Positions 7,410 to 17,213 of a stretch of DNA of 64,000 nt are shown here, piece by piece. The notes under the pieces were generated by a model. The model ran no database searches and was not told the origin of the DNA. It worked only from the letters and a program-made list of their open reading frames with translations. Each line of letters opens with the position of its first letter. The stretch's first letter is position 1. Origin of the DNA: a bacterium. GTDB taxonomy: Bacteria; Patescibacteriota; Patescibacteriia; Patescibacteriales; UBA12465. Where the stretch lies: positions 3,123 to 67,122 of the forward strand of contig DAONEH010000001.1 in NCBI GenBank assembly GCA_035402985.1, given 5' to 3'. The translations under genes were made by a program, and so were the position numbers.

Positions 7410-10097
7410 TTATTTAAAAATTATAGCTAAATATTTATCGGTAATTAAATTACCAGAAAAATTTATTATTTTATCATTTTGACTAATGTTTTTAGGATAA
7501 GTCCATAAAGTTGATAAATTTAAATTATTAATTAAATTAAAATTAAAAGTGGAATTATTATCACCGGCCTGTTTTTGCCATAATAAAGAATAGTTTTTTA
7601 TAATTTCATCAGAATCAAATAATTTCCAAAAATTCCAAATAGATTTTGGTTCATTGTCAATAAATAAAGTTTTAAAGTTATAAGGTAACTTATATTTAAT
7701 TTCAATTATTTCTGATTGACCAGGATCAAGTATGGACCAATTAGCAAAAACAGTTTTTGAAGATTCTTGATAAATTTTAGTATTACTTAATAAATCAATT
7801 TCAGCCTTATTTTCACTATTAGCTAAAAAACTATTTTGTTCATAAAAATCTTCGGTCGGTTTAAAAGAACTTTCATCCATCGAAGAAAAACCAGTGGCGC
7901 TTATTAAAGTACTACCTAAAGGTGTATAAATTCTCATCCAATCATTATTTCTAATACCAGAAAATAAATTTTCTTTATTACCTAAATGTTCTCTTTTTAT
8001 AGTTAAAGTATTAACAATAGAACCATCATCTTCAATTTCAACATTTAAAGTCATATCGTTTTTTATAAACTTATCGGTCTTACCTCCAGCGACATTAGAA
8101 TTAATTACTGCTAAATAATCAAAAGAAGTTTCTTTCATTCTTCCAGCCCATAAACGATTTTCAACTTCTAACTGAATATTAGGATCAGTAAAATATAATA
8201 AAATATTTTTTTGATTTAAATTTTTTTCAATTACTTGAGATAATTTTATTAAGAAATCTTTATTTAAATTACTAGAGGTTTTCTCTAAAATAATAGTCAT
8301 TAAATCTCCAATAATTTTTTTAGGTTCATTTCTTTTTAATCCATCAGAGACCACTTCTTCTGTAGTTGAACTTAATTCTTTACTAGAACTGGCTACCCTA
8401 TTTAAAATATCAGTTTGTAAATTTTTATTCTGATAAACTTCGGGTTGACCAATAACCTCTACTATTTCTTGAAGAATATCAACAAAATTATTAGAATCAA
8501 TCACTACTCCATATTTTTCAGTTAAATCGATTGGACCAATTATTTCTAAAATATCAGCTAAAACATCTGGGGTTAAACTAATAACACCATCGACACTAGG
8601 CCCACCACTTTTTTCATAAAACCACATTAAATTTTGAGCTGATAATTTCCAATCAGGCCACCAATTAGCATCCCAAAAATACCATTTAGATTTTACTAAA
8701 TGAAGAGGTTTAGGCGATTCCACTGAAATTTTCATACCACCTTCAGTATCATAGGAACCACCAGCTGGTATTTCAATATTTTTAATTTGACCCTTTTTTA
8801 AATCAATTAAAGCATAACTACCTATAAAACCACCGGTAGCTCGAAGTTCAGTATTATTTTGAAAAACAACTAAATAACGTCGATCATGATCAATTCCTAA
8901 AAAATCTTTTAAAACGGGAGCTACTTCTAGAAAACCATTTAAACTTTTTTCTAAAACATCAGCTTGTTCCTTTATATCTTTAAATTGATCACGATATTCC
9001 TCAGGAATAACATCTTCATCTATCTTTTTTAAATATTTATTAGCTTTTTTAAAATCAGCTTCAGTTTTTTTAGTATAATAATAAAAATCAGAGAAATTTT
9101 TTTCAGTTTCATTTTCAGAAAAAACCGCTATTAAACTATTAATGGCTAAACTAAAATTATCACCGGCTGAAGCTAAATAAATTCCAATTTTAGCAATATT
9201 TTTAGATTCAGACGCTAATTTAATTTCTTTGTCTTTAGAAAAAGATGATAAAAATAATAAAAATTCATCAATTTCACCTAATTTTTTATCAACCATTAAA
9301 AAATTTTGACCAGCTTGAAAAAAATCATTTTGGGCTAAACTTAAATTTAAATTTAATATTTCACCTGAAGCCGAAATAAAATTATCTAAACCAAGTGTGG
9401 AATATTGTTTTAAATTATCAATTGTTTTTTGATCAGCTACTAAACGATAATAAGAAAAAAGTTTAAATGGAATTATTAATAAAAATAAAAATAAAACAAA
9501 ATAAATAATTGAATAAGTTTTTTTATTTGTTTTAGTTTTGATATTTGTTTCAAGTATAGAAGTTTTAAAAGTAGGAGTTTCCTTAATTAGTGGTAAAGAT
9601 ATTTGTTTCTTTTTTCTTTTTAACCTAGTTTTTATTTTTAATTTAGTAATATAATTAATTAAAAATTTATATATTTTTTTAAAAAATATAATTGGATATT
9701 TAAAAATTACTAATTTCTTTAAAAAATTAAATATATCTATAGCCCAATCAACAAAGAAGAAAATAATAGCTCTTAATACTTTAAATATAAACAAAAAAAC
9801 TGGAAAGAAAAAAGTTTTTTTAAAACTAGACCAATTAATAAAAAACGATGATTTTTTATTATTGTTTATATCTTTTTTAAAATTATCAATCTTTTTTAAA
9901 ACTTGATTCTGGGATTTATCAAGCTTACTAATATAATTAAAATCATTATCAATTTTATTAGGTGTAATTGGTTTAGGTTTAAAACTACTATCTTTTATTT
10001 CACTAGAAGTTTTTTTTGATTTTGATCTTAAATCAATTACAAAACCAGATTGAGAAAAATCCGATGAAATTTTTATTTTATGTTTTTTTGTTTTCAT
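7410..10097 (-). CDS. DUF4012 domain membrane-anchored protein
   Basis: YLVVFQNNTELRATGGFIGSY, F.DANW.PDW, VDGVIS.TP, N.N..GGKTD, Y.L..QKQAG. Confidence 0.8.
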   Translation of the reverse strand: MKTKKHKIKISSDFSQSGFVIDLRSKSKKTSSEIKDSSFKPKPITPNKIDNDFNYISKLDKSQNQVLKKIDNFKKDINNNKKSSFFINWSSFKKTFFFPVFLFIFKVLRAIIFFFVDWAIDIFNFLKKLVIFKYPIIFFKKIYKFLINYITKLKIKTRLKRKKKQISLPLIKETPTFKTSILETNIKTKTNKKTYSIIYFVLFLFLLIIPFKLFSYYRLVADQKTIDNLKQYSTLGLDNFISASGEILNLNLSLAQNDFFQAGQNFLMVDKKLGEIDEFLLFLSSFSKDKEIKLASESKNIAKIGIYLASAGDNFSLAINSLIAVFSENETEKNFSDFYYYTKKTEADFKKANKYLKKIDEDVIPEEYRDQFKDIKEQADVLEKSLNGFLEVAPVLKDFLGIDHDRRYLVVFQNNTELRATGGFIGSYALIDLKKGQIKNIEIPAGGSYDTEGGMKISVESPKPLHLVKSKWYFWDANWWPDWKLSAQNLMWFYEKSGGPSVDGVISLTPDVLADILEIIGPIDLTEKYGVVIDSNNFVDILQEIVEVIGQPEVYQNKNLQTDILNRVASSSKELSSTTEEVVSDGLKRNEPKKIIGDLMTIILEKTSSNLNKDFLIKLSQVIEKNLNQKNILLYFTDPNIQLEVENRLWAGRMKETSFDYLAVINSNVAGGKTDKFIKNDMTLNVEIEDDGSIVNTLTIKREHLGNKENLFSGIRNNDWMRIYTPLGSTLISATGFSSMDESSFKPTEDFYEQNSFLANSENKAEIDLLSNTKIYQESSKTVFANWSILDPGQSEIIEIKYKLPYNFKTLFIDNEPKSIWNFWKLFDSDEIIKNYSLLWQKQAGDNNSTFNFNLINNLNLSTLWTYPKNISQNDKIINFSGNLITDKYLAIIFK

Positions 10098-10107
10098 AAA
10101 ATATGCT

Positions 10108-11289
10108 TTAGCGTAAATAAATCTGCCAAGTTTTAAAAGCGCAATCCCACCAACTAAATTTTTTATGATGAGATTCTCCGGCTATTATTAATTTCTCTCG
10201 TAATTTATTATCATTTAAAATTAATTTTAATTTATCAAGAAAATCAGCTTTGTTTTGAGGATCAAAATAACAAGCTGCTTCCCCTAATATTTCTGGCATA
10301 CTACTAATATTAGAACTTAATACTGGACAACCCTTAGCCATAGCTTCAAGTGGTGGTAAACCAAAACCTTCATATAAAGATGGAAAAACATAAACCAAAG
10401 CTTTTTTATAAAAAATTTCTAGTTTATCATCTGGAACATAACCTGAAAAAATTATTGGATTTTCCGAACAATCAACAAAATAATCATTAGCAAATTTTTT
10501 TAAATTTTTATAAAAATAATCTTCTTTCCCTACTAGCACTAAACGTAAATCATTATTTTCTTTATAAATATCTTTAAAGCTTGAAATTAAAAATTCTAAA
10601 TTTTTATGAGGATAAGCATTACCAACATATAATAAAAAAGGATGATCAATATTATAATCTTTTAATACTTCATTATTATCTAATTTAGCCACAAATAAAG
10701 AATCCCGACCCTTGGCTAAATTAGCTACTCCCTCATAAATAACTTCAATTTTTTGTGGATTAATTTTAAATTGTTCAACAATATCATTTTTAGTAAACTC
10801 TGACACAGTTAAAACTTTTTGTGATTTTTTTAAGGCCCGATTTATTATAATTCTATAAGCGATATTTTTAAGTTTATAAATAAAAGGATGTAGAGTTGTA
10901 GCTCGAATTGTTTTAAACTTAGTTAAAATTAAATCATGCACCGTAACAATAAATTTAGTTGGTACAAAAAATGGTACATTAAAATGCGGAAAATGAATTA
11001 AATCTAATTTTTCCCGCCAAATAAAAAAAGGCATAACTAATTGTTCTTTTAAAGTATACCACTGAACATCAGCCAATACTTTCTTAACATTAGTTTGATT
11101 TTCAATAATAAGCTCGTCAAAATTATTTTTTCTTAAAAAAATAATATACTCATTATAATCATCTAGTTTAATAACATTGTCTACTATTTCTTGAATATAA
11201 CGACCTAAACCCTTACCAACGGGACCATAAAAACGAGCATCAATACCTATTCTTCTTTTTTTATTAGTATCCATGTATTTTTTAACCAA
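10108..11289 (-). CDS. Glycosyltransferase family 4 (GT-B, WbpY/MtfB-like)
   Basis: [37 protein letters not shown]. Confidence 0.92.
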   Translation of the reverse strand: MVKKYMDTNKKRRIGIDARFYGPVGKGLGRYIQEIVDNVIKLDDYNEYIIFLRKNNFDELIIENQTNVKKVLADVQWYTLKEQLVMPFFIWREKLDLIHFPHFNVPFFVPTKFIVTVHDLILTKFKTIRATTLHPFIYKLKNIAYRIIINRALKKSQKVLTVSEFTKNDIVEQFKINPQKIEVIYEGVANLAKGRDSLFVAKLDNNEVLKDYNIDHPFLLYVGNAYPHKNLEFLISSFKDIYKENNDLRLVLVGKEDYFYKNLKKFANDYFVDCSENPIIFSGYVPDDKLEIFYKKALVYVFPSLYEGFGLPPLEAMAKGCPVLSSNISSMPEILGEAACYFDPQNKADFLDKLKLILNDNKLREKLIIAGESHHKKFSWWDCAFKTWQIYLR

Positions 11290-12745
11290 AAGGTAAATTA
11301 GAAGGAGGAGTTTTTTTAACTGAGTGGTGTTGAGAGTTAGAAATATTTTGGTCAGAATTATTTTTATTTATTTGTTTTTTTTCAACAGCAATTTCTTTTA
11401 AAAATTCCTCTTTTAATGCTTCCGGTCCAGTAGTAACATCATCAACAGCTAAATTGGCCGGCGGTTTATATCTCTTGGCAGCGGTCTTTTGAATTAACGG
11501 AGCATTAGCCATAGCTTCAATTGGAAAATGCCACAAGGTAGCCAATTCTTCAACATTTAATAAAAAAGGAGAAGAGCCAGCAAAATCATCACGATTAATA
11601 TAATTAGTAATAATATTATTTTTCTTTCTTAATAATTCCCTGTCTTTATTAAAATAAATAGCCTTAGTCATAACCCGAGCATCAGGTTTAAAACTATTTA
11701 AATCTAAAGCCGAAAATTGTTTAATATAACCAACAAAACCACTCGGAACTTTAGATTTATTCATAACTTCTTTTTTTGATAAGTATACTACCCTAATTTT
11801 ACACAAAAAACCTAGTTTTGATGATTTGTTTTCGATTCCCTCGATTCGTTTTTTTTGTTTAGGAGTAAGTTCCATCATCGATAACTTTTTAAATTCATCT
11901 TTTTTACTATCTTCAATATCACCCCAAATACTATAAATCTGCTCACTTAAAAAAGTAATACCTTCAACAATTGTATCTATTATTTTATTAGCTAGGGTTG
12001 ATTCTGGTTTTTTACCTAATATTTTATCAATTTCACCTTTACCATCATCTACCCAATCAAAACCAGTTGGAATAACAATTATCTGATACAATAAATTTTC
12101 TCCTCGTTTTAAACTACTACATAATTCCATTAATTCCGCCATCGGATCCCTAAAAACAGTTTCATCTGGCCCTAAACGATGTTCAAATTCTTCATAAGTT
12201 CTAATAGGATACATATAATGAGCTGAGGGTATAAATTCTGAACCCCAAATATCATATTCTTCATCAGGAAATTTTTTAGGAAAATCTTCACAATAATCAT
12301 CAACTTCCATAATTTCAGCATCAGGGTATTGTGAATAAATAGCTGATTCTACTAAATTTACAAATTGGGTTGGAGTTCTTATTATAAATTGAGTATAACC
12401 ATCTAAACTTGCTATTTCAAAACTAAAAGATAATTGATATTCACCACTAAACCATTTATCAAAAAAATTTTGGGTACCATGGGCTCCAGCAATATAGGCA
12501 AAAAAATTCTCAATCGCTTTAGGTGATTGAATATTACCTCGAGGAACATCTATAGCTAAAAAAGTAAATTTTATATTTTTACTCCATTTAGCTCTAATAT
12601 GTTTTAACCAAATAACTTTAACCCCAGCTAAAAACATAATACCTAAAATAACCCAACCAAAAGTAGCTAAAAAACGCCACAACATCATATCGGGAGCTAA
12701 ATTAAAAAAATTTTGAATAGGGGCAAAATTAATAACAATATCCAT
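11282..12745 (-). CDS. Conserved CPR membrane-anchored hypothetical protein (resembles the N-terminal region of CPR VirD4/TraG-like coupling proteins)
   Basis: N-terminal TM; FLAIDVP...SPKA.E.F, FSFEIAS, IYSQYPDAEI.EV.DY, YPIRTY, LNVEELATLWHFP, C-terminal PPSNLP. Confidence 0.6.
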   Translation of the reverse strand: MDIVINFAPIQNFFNLAPDMMLWRFLATFGWVILGIMFLAGVKVIWLKHIRAKWSKNIKFTFLAIDVPRGNIQSPKAIENFFAYIAGAHGTQNFFDKWFSGEYQLSFSFEIASLDGYTQFIIRTPTQFVNLVESAIYSQYPDAEIMEVDDYCEDFPKKFPDEEYDIWGSEFIPSAHYMYPIRTYEEFEHRLGPDETVFRDPMAELMELCSSLKRGENLLYQIIVIPTGFDWVDDGKGEIDKILGKKPESTLANKIIDTIVEGITFLSEQIYSIWGDIEDSKKDEFKKLSMMELTPKQKKRIEGIENKSSKLGFLCKIRVVYLSKKEVMNKSKVPSGFVGYIKQFSALDLNSFKPDARVMTKAIYFNKDRELLRKKNNIITNYINRDDFAGSSPFLLNVEELATLWHFPIEAMANAPLIQKTAAKRYKPPANLAVDDVTTGPEALKEEFLKEIAVEKKQINKNNSDQNISNSQHHSVKKTPPSNLPFG

Positions 12746-12773
12746 AAAAAAATAACAAGAATTAACTTTCTAT

Positions 12774-12802
12774 ATTTTAACATAATTTTTTATTAAAATC
12801 AA
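12774..12802 (-). promoter_or_regulatory. Sigma70 promoter TTGATT-N17-(TG)nTAAAAT for the operon starting at 12745
   Basis: -35 at 12802-12797, 17-nt spacer, extended -10 TATGTTAAAAT. Confidence 0.65.
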
Positions 12803-12833
12803 AGTAATTCTAGACTATTATTCTTTAAATAAT

Positions 12834-12869
12834 AAAAAAAAGACACCTATTTATTAGGTGCCTTTTTTT
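12834..12869 (-). terminator. Intrinsic terminator
   Basis: aaaaaaaagacaccta-tttat-taggtgccttttttt inverted repeat with U-run, just downstream of the 12884 stop. Confidence 0.75.
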
Positions 12870-12883
12870 ATATAAAAATAAGA

Positions 12884-13909
12884 TTATTTTTGCCATTCTT
12901 TTAAACCATAAACTCCTCGGTCAACTAAGACATAACGATCATCTAAAATTAACTCATTATGAACTGATCCCTTACTAATACTCTTTTTATCAAAACCAAT
13001 TTTATTTATTTTTTCAGCAATTTCAGAAAAATGTAAAGGTTTCTTTTCCTCTTTTAAAACTAAAAATATTTTGTCAGCAATTCTTTTAGGCTTTATTTCC
13101 GAAGAATCACTATTTCCCCATAAACCAAATTTATTAGGATTTAAATCTTTAGAAGCTTGCATAAAAGAATAAAATTGTTTATTACGATCAATAACATCAG
13201 CCCATTCTGGGAAAGATTCATCTTTAAAAATTTCTTTTAAATTTAAATTATCATTAGTTTTAATTACTTTATTTTTATACTCAGAAAAAGATTTTAAATT
13301 TTTAGCCATATCAACTAATTCATCAAAAGAAAAAGTCTTTTTTAATTCTCTAACCTTATCCCTTAATTCATCAACTAAGTCTTCAAGATAATCAATGGCT
13401 TGATCTTTCAATTTAAAGAAAGAATTAAATTTATCAGACTTATCAACTTTTTCTACAAAATCATCTAATAATTCAGTTAGAATAAAATCTAAATAATTTT
13501 TATAAATATTTTTATCAAAATTAGAACCTTGACTATCAGCTTTAAAATATAGAACAGTTAAAATATCTAATAAAAAATTCTTTTCCATTACTCCCCCATG
13601 TTCTTTTAAAAGCTCCGACACCACTTTTCTAACTGTATCAAGACGACTATTAATATCATCAATTTTTTTAATTTTTCTTAAAGAAGCTTTTTCGATTTGT
13701 CTAATTCTTTCTCTGGTTAAATTATGTAATTTACCGATTTCTTCTAGGGTTTGAGAATCAACACTATGCAAAGCAAAACGACGAGCTAAAACGTCTTTTT
13801 CTCGATCTTGTAATTCATTAAATAAAGAATTAACTATCTTAACAGCATTTAAATTAGCTAATTCTTGTTCTTTTTTCTCTTTTAATAATTTTGGCAATAA
13901 ATTTTCCAT
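12884..13909 (-). CDS. Sigma-70 region 4 HTH + C-terminal HARE-HTH (RpoE/delta-like winged helix) protein
   Basis: L.DREKDVL.RRF.L....TLEEIG....LTRERIRQIEK..LRK (sigma4); KIFLVLKEEKKPLHFSEIA...SVHNELI.D.RYVLVDRGVYGLKEW (HARE-HTH); no sigma2 region. Confidence 0.75.
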   Translation of the reverse strand: MENLLPKLLKEKKEQELANLNAVKIVNSLFNELQDREKDVLARRFALHSVDSQTLEEIGKLHNLTRERIRQIEKASLRKIKKIDDINSRLDTVRKVVSELLKEHGGVMEKNFLLDILTVLYFKADSQGSNFDKNIYKNYLDFILTELLDDFVEKVDKSDKFNSFFKLKDQAIDYLEDLVDELRDKVRELKKTFSFDELVDMAKNLKSFSEYKNKVIKTNDNLNLKEIFKDESFPEWADVIDRNKQFYSFMQASKDLNPNKFGLWGNSDSSEIKPKRIADKIFLVLKEEKKPLHFSEIAEKINKIGFDKKSISKGSVHNELILDDRYVLVDRGVYGLKEWQK

Positions 13910-13956
13910 ATATAAATTATATTAAACTTAATATGTACATATAAACATATTTTAAT

Positions 13957-15006
13957 TTATAAGTCAAGACCTTTCATAAAAGTTTCTATTTTAGTAATTA
14001 TTTCCCTATTTATCGATAAATTAGTATTATTTTCTTTAATTTGAGAACGTATTTTTTTAAAATTATTTAATGATTGTTTTTCAAAAAGAAAACCATAAAT
14101 ATACAAAAAAATCAACCTAAATTTAGTACTAAATCGAACTACAAAAGAAAAAGGTATCTTTTTAATTTTATATAAGATAATAAGTTGATTTAAAAAAGAT
14201 CGACTATTAGATATTTTCTTTTCTTTATCAAAAATTTTTTTAAAAATATTTTTTTTACTTAAAGTCCGATCATGATACATAATTGCTTCAGGTAAAAAAA
14301 TAATCTTCTTTCCAGCTAATTGTAAACGATATGATAAATCAATATCTTCTTTATACATAAACATTAATTCATCAAAAAATTCTAAATAATCACCTACTAA
14401 ATTAGCTGATATAAGTATTTGAGATAAATTAAATAAAGCTCCGGCTCCAGTAAAACCAAATACTTCTCTATTATTTTCAACTAAGTATTGTAATTGTTTT
14501 TTGCCTTGGCCTAAATCAAAAAAATGATGAAACTTATTTAGACCAAGACCATAGCTATCAATAATATCAGTTTTTTTATTAAGATTAAAATTCCAATATA
14601 ATATTTTAGGAACCCATACGGCGATATTATTATCTAATTTATGGGCCATAATTAATTTTTCTAAAAACAAATCATCAAAGACAACATCAGGATTAATAAC
14701 TAAAAATAAATCCGACTTATTTTGTAATGACCAATTAAGCATTAAGTTATAAGCCTTAGCAAAACCTAAATTAGACGATGATCGCCAAATTTTGTAATCA
14801 TATTTTTTATCACTAAAAGCATTAGATAAAAAATCAAAATTACCAGTAAAAGAAGTATCACTATTATCAACTATTAAAATATCTATATCCAAATCAACTA
14901 AATTACTTTTAGCTTGATTAATAGTTGAAAATAAACTAGGTAAAAAAAATGGTAGATATTTTAAACTATTATTATTATAAGTTATGAAAGCAATTGAAAG
15001 TTTCAT
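13957..15006 (-). CDS. Glycosyltransferase family 2 (WbbL/rhamnosyltransferase-like)
   Basis: IVDNS, NLGFAKAYN, INPD, FDE.MFMYKEDIDLSYRL, YHDR. Confidence 0.85.
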   Translation of the reverse strand: MKLSIAFITYNNNSLKYLPFFLPSLFSTINQAKSNLVDLDIDILIVDNSDTSFTGNFDFLSNAFSDKKYDYKIWRSSSNLGFAKAYNLMLNWSLQNKSDLFLVINPDVVFDDLFLEKLIMAHKLDNNIAVWVPKILYWNFNLNKKTDIIDSYGLGLNKFHHFFDLGQGKKQLQYLVENNREVFGFTGAGALFNLSQILISANLVGDYLEFFDELMFMYKEDIDLSYRLQLAGKKIIFLPEAIMYHDRTLSKKNIFKKIFDKEKKISNSRSFLNQLIILYKIKKIPFSFVVRFSTKFRLIFLYIYGFLFEKQSLNNFKKIRSQIKENNTNLSINREIITKIETFMKGLDL

Positions 15007-15025
15007 ATATTAAAACCCAAATTAA

Positions 15026-15051
15026 CAATAAAGCGCCGTAGCGCTTTATTG
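15026..15051 (-). terminator. Hairpin/terminator after the ribosomal protein operon
   Basis: Perfect 11-bp stem caataaagcgc-cgta-gcgctttattg, 15 nt downstream of the rpsI stop. Confidence 0.7.
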
Positions 15052-15066
15052 AAGTATATATAGAGA

Positions 15067-15561
15067 TTAACGTTTGGACCATTGTGGAGATTTTCGAGCT
15101 TTCTTTAAACCCGGTTTCTTTCTTTCTTTTTGACGAGGATCTCGAGTTATATAACCACTAGTTTTTAAAATAGTTTTAAACTCAGGATCATATTTTACTA
15201 AAGCTCGAGCAATTCCATGTCTAACAGCTTCTAATTGACCTAAAACTCCACCACCCTTAACTATAATTGTAAAATTAAAGTCTTTTAATTTAGAAACAAC
15301 TTTTAATGGTTGTAAAATAATATTAAGATTTTCTTCTTTTTTAAAATAATTTTCTGCTGGAACATTATTAACTAAAATTTCACCATCACCTTTTTCAAAC
15401 ATTCTAATTTGAGCTACAGCTGTTTTTCGACGACCAATAGCTTTAATAAATTTAGCATTAGCCGAAATCTTTTTGCTTTCTTTTTTTTCTGTAGCTGGAG
15501 CTTCTTTGACAACTTCCTTTTTTGTAGTTGTTTTTTTAATAGTTTTTTTAGTATCGCTCAT
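15067..15561 (-). CDS. rpsI: 30S ribosomal protein S9 (K/E-rich N-terminal extension)
   Basis: GRRKTAVA, GGG..GQ..AVRHGIARAL, TRDPR.KERKKPGLKKARKSPQWSKR. Confidence 0.98.
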   Translation of the reverse strand: MSDTKKTIKKTTTKKEVVKEAPATEKKESKKISANAKFIKAIGRRKTAVAQIRMFEKGDGEILVNNVPAENYFKKEENLNIILQPLKVVSKLKDFNFTIIVKGGGVLGQLEAVRHGIARALVKYDPEFKTILKTSGYITRDPRQKERKKPGLKKARKSPQWSKR

Positions 15562-15610
15562 TTTTATTTTAATTAATTAAATAATTAAGACAATTTAAAT
15601 TATTTAATTA

Positions 15611-15967
15611 TTATCTAATAATTAATCTTTTCATTAAATCATTACGCATTCTAGTTGGAGCTAACATCTCCTTAACCGCTCGACGTAATACCTCGGCTGG
15701 ATCAGATTTATAAACATCTCCCATTTTCTTTTCTTTTAGACTTCCGATGTATCCGGTAAAATGATAATATTTTTTTTGATCTAATTTTTTTCCAGTAAAT
15801 TTAACTCTACTAATATTTGAAACTTCAACCATATCACCTAAATCTAAATGTGGTTCAAACTCAGGTTTGTTTTTTCCTCTTAAAATATTAGCAATATTAG
15901 TAGCTAAACGACCAATAGTTTGATCCGTAGCGTCAATTTTATGCATTTTTCTTTCTATATTTTTCAT
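15611..15967 (-). CDS. rplM: 50S ribosomal protein L13 (short form)
   Basis: IDA....GRLA..IA..LRGKNKP.F.PH.D.GD, TGKK..QK.YY..TGY.G. Confidence 0.96.
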   Translation of the reverse strand: MKNIERKMHKIDATDQTIGRLATNIANILRGKNKPEFEPHLDLGDMVEVSNISRVKFTGKKLDQKKYYHFTGYIGSLKEKKMGDVYKSDPAEVLRRAVKEMLAPTRMRNDLMKRLIIR

Positions 15968-15987
15968 ATATATTTATTTAATACTAA

Positions 15988-16338
15988 TTAAACTAATTCA
16001 ATTTGAACCATTTCTGCTCCATCCCCGACTCGATTTCCAATTTTTGTTATTCGACAATAACCACCAGAACGATCTTTATAACGATCACCTAAAACTTCCA
16101 TTAATTTTTTAACAGCTTTAGGCTGTAAAATAACTTTTAATAAACTACGACGAGCTGTTAAATCACCTTTCTTAGAAACAGATATAACCCTTTCTAATAA
16201 TGGTTTAACTGCTTTAGCTTTAGCTTTAGTAGTTGTAACTTTTTCGTAAATAATAATACTAGAAGCTAAATTTCTAAGCATCAATTCACGTGGTCCCTTT
16301 TTTCTATCTAAAGTTTTTACATTATTCTTATGTCTCAT
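15988..16338 (-). CDS. rplQ: 50S ribosomal protein L17
   Basis: MRH...L.R, TT..KAK, R.GGY.RI.K...R.GDGA. Confidence 0.97.
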   Translation of the reverse strand: MRHKNNVKTLDRKKGPRELMLRNLASSIIIYEKVTTTKAKAKAVKPLLERVISVSKKGDLTARRSLLKVILQPKAVKKLMEVLGDRYKDRSGGYCRITKIGNRVGDGAEMVQIELV

Positions 16339-16363
16339 ATTATTTATTTAATTAATATTTTCA

Positions 16364-17173
16364 TTATTTTTTTTCTTTAACTGTTTTAGTTGATTTCTTT
16401 TTGGTTTTAACTTCTTCTTCAACTTCTGCTTCTACTTCGACAGGAGTAACTTCCTCAGTATCAACTTTGTTTTTTTCATTTTTTAAAGTTAATAATGAAT
16501 TAAATTGATCAATTAATATTTGAACTGATTGATTGAAAGCATCTTCCACTGAAATAGTACCATCAGTTTTTATATCTAAAACTAATTTATCCCAATTAGT
16601 CATTTTACCAACACGAACATTTTCTACTTTATAATTTACTCCGATAACTGGAGTATAAATTGAATCAATTTCCATATAATCAACTTCTTTTCCATCTTTT
16701 TTATTTTTTTCTGGTAATGAATAACCGCGACCATTGGCTACATAAATTTCCATACCTAAACTACCAACTTGATCAGTAATAGTAGCTAAAACTAAATCAG
16801 GATTAACAATTTCAATTTGACTATCTTTTTTTATATCTTTAGCGGTTACTACTTTTTTACCTTGAACATTTAATTCTAATTTTAATACGTCTTCGGTATC
16901 ATTTAAAATCTTTATTTTTAATTGTTTTAAATTTAAAACAATATCTAAAACATCTTCTTTTATTCCTGGTAAAGCCATAAATTCATGTTTAGCTCCCTTA
17001 ATTTTAACACCAACAACAGCGGAGCCCGGTAAAGAAGATAATAATACTCGACGTAAAGCATTTCCAATAGTATTTCCATAGCCAGGATACAAAGGCTCAA
17101 CAATAACTAAGCTTTCGTTAATATTGCCATTTTGTTTAAATTCTATTTTTTTTGGCAAGGCTATTTTTTCCAT
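16364..17173 (-). CDS. rpoA: RNA polymerase alpha subunit (NTD only, no alpha-CTD)
   Basis: EPLYPGYGNTIGNALRRVLLSS, HEF...GIKEDV..IVLNLK, Y.VEN.RVG...DKL....TDG; followed only by a charged low-complexity tail. Confidence 0.96.
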   Translation of the reverse strand: MEKIALPKKIEFKQNGNINESLVIVEPLYPGYGNTIGNALRRVLLSSLPGSAVVGVKIKGAKHEFMALPGIKEDVLDIVLNLKQLKIKILNDTEDVLKLELNVQGKKVVTAKDIKKDSQIEIVNPDLVLATITDQVGSLGMEIYVANGRGYSLPEKNKKDGKEVDYMEIDSIYTPVIGVNYKVENVRVGKMTNWDKLVLDIKTDGTISVEDAFNQSVQILIDQFNSLLTLKNEKNKVDTEEVTPVEVEAEVEEEVKTKKKSTKTVKEKK

Positions 17174-17213
17174 ATTGTTTTTTTTATTAATAAATATTTA
17201 ATATAATAAATTA

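Noticed and set aside
12884-13909. Calling this gene a sigma factor (rpoD/rpoS)
   Set aside because: Only region 4 is present; there are no region 2 core-binding or -10 melting motifs.
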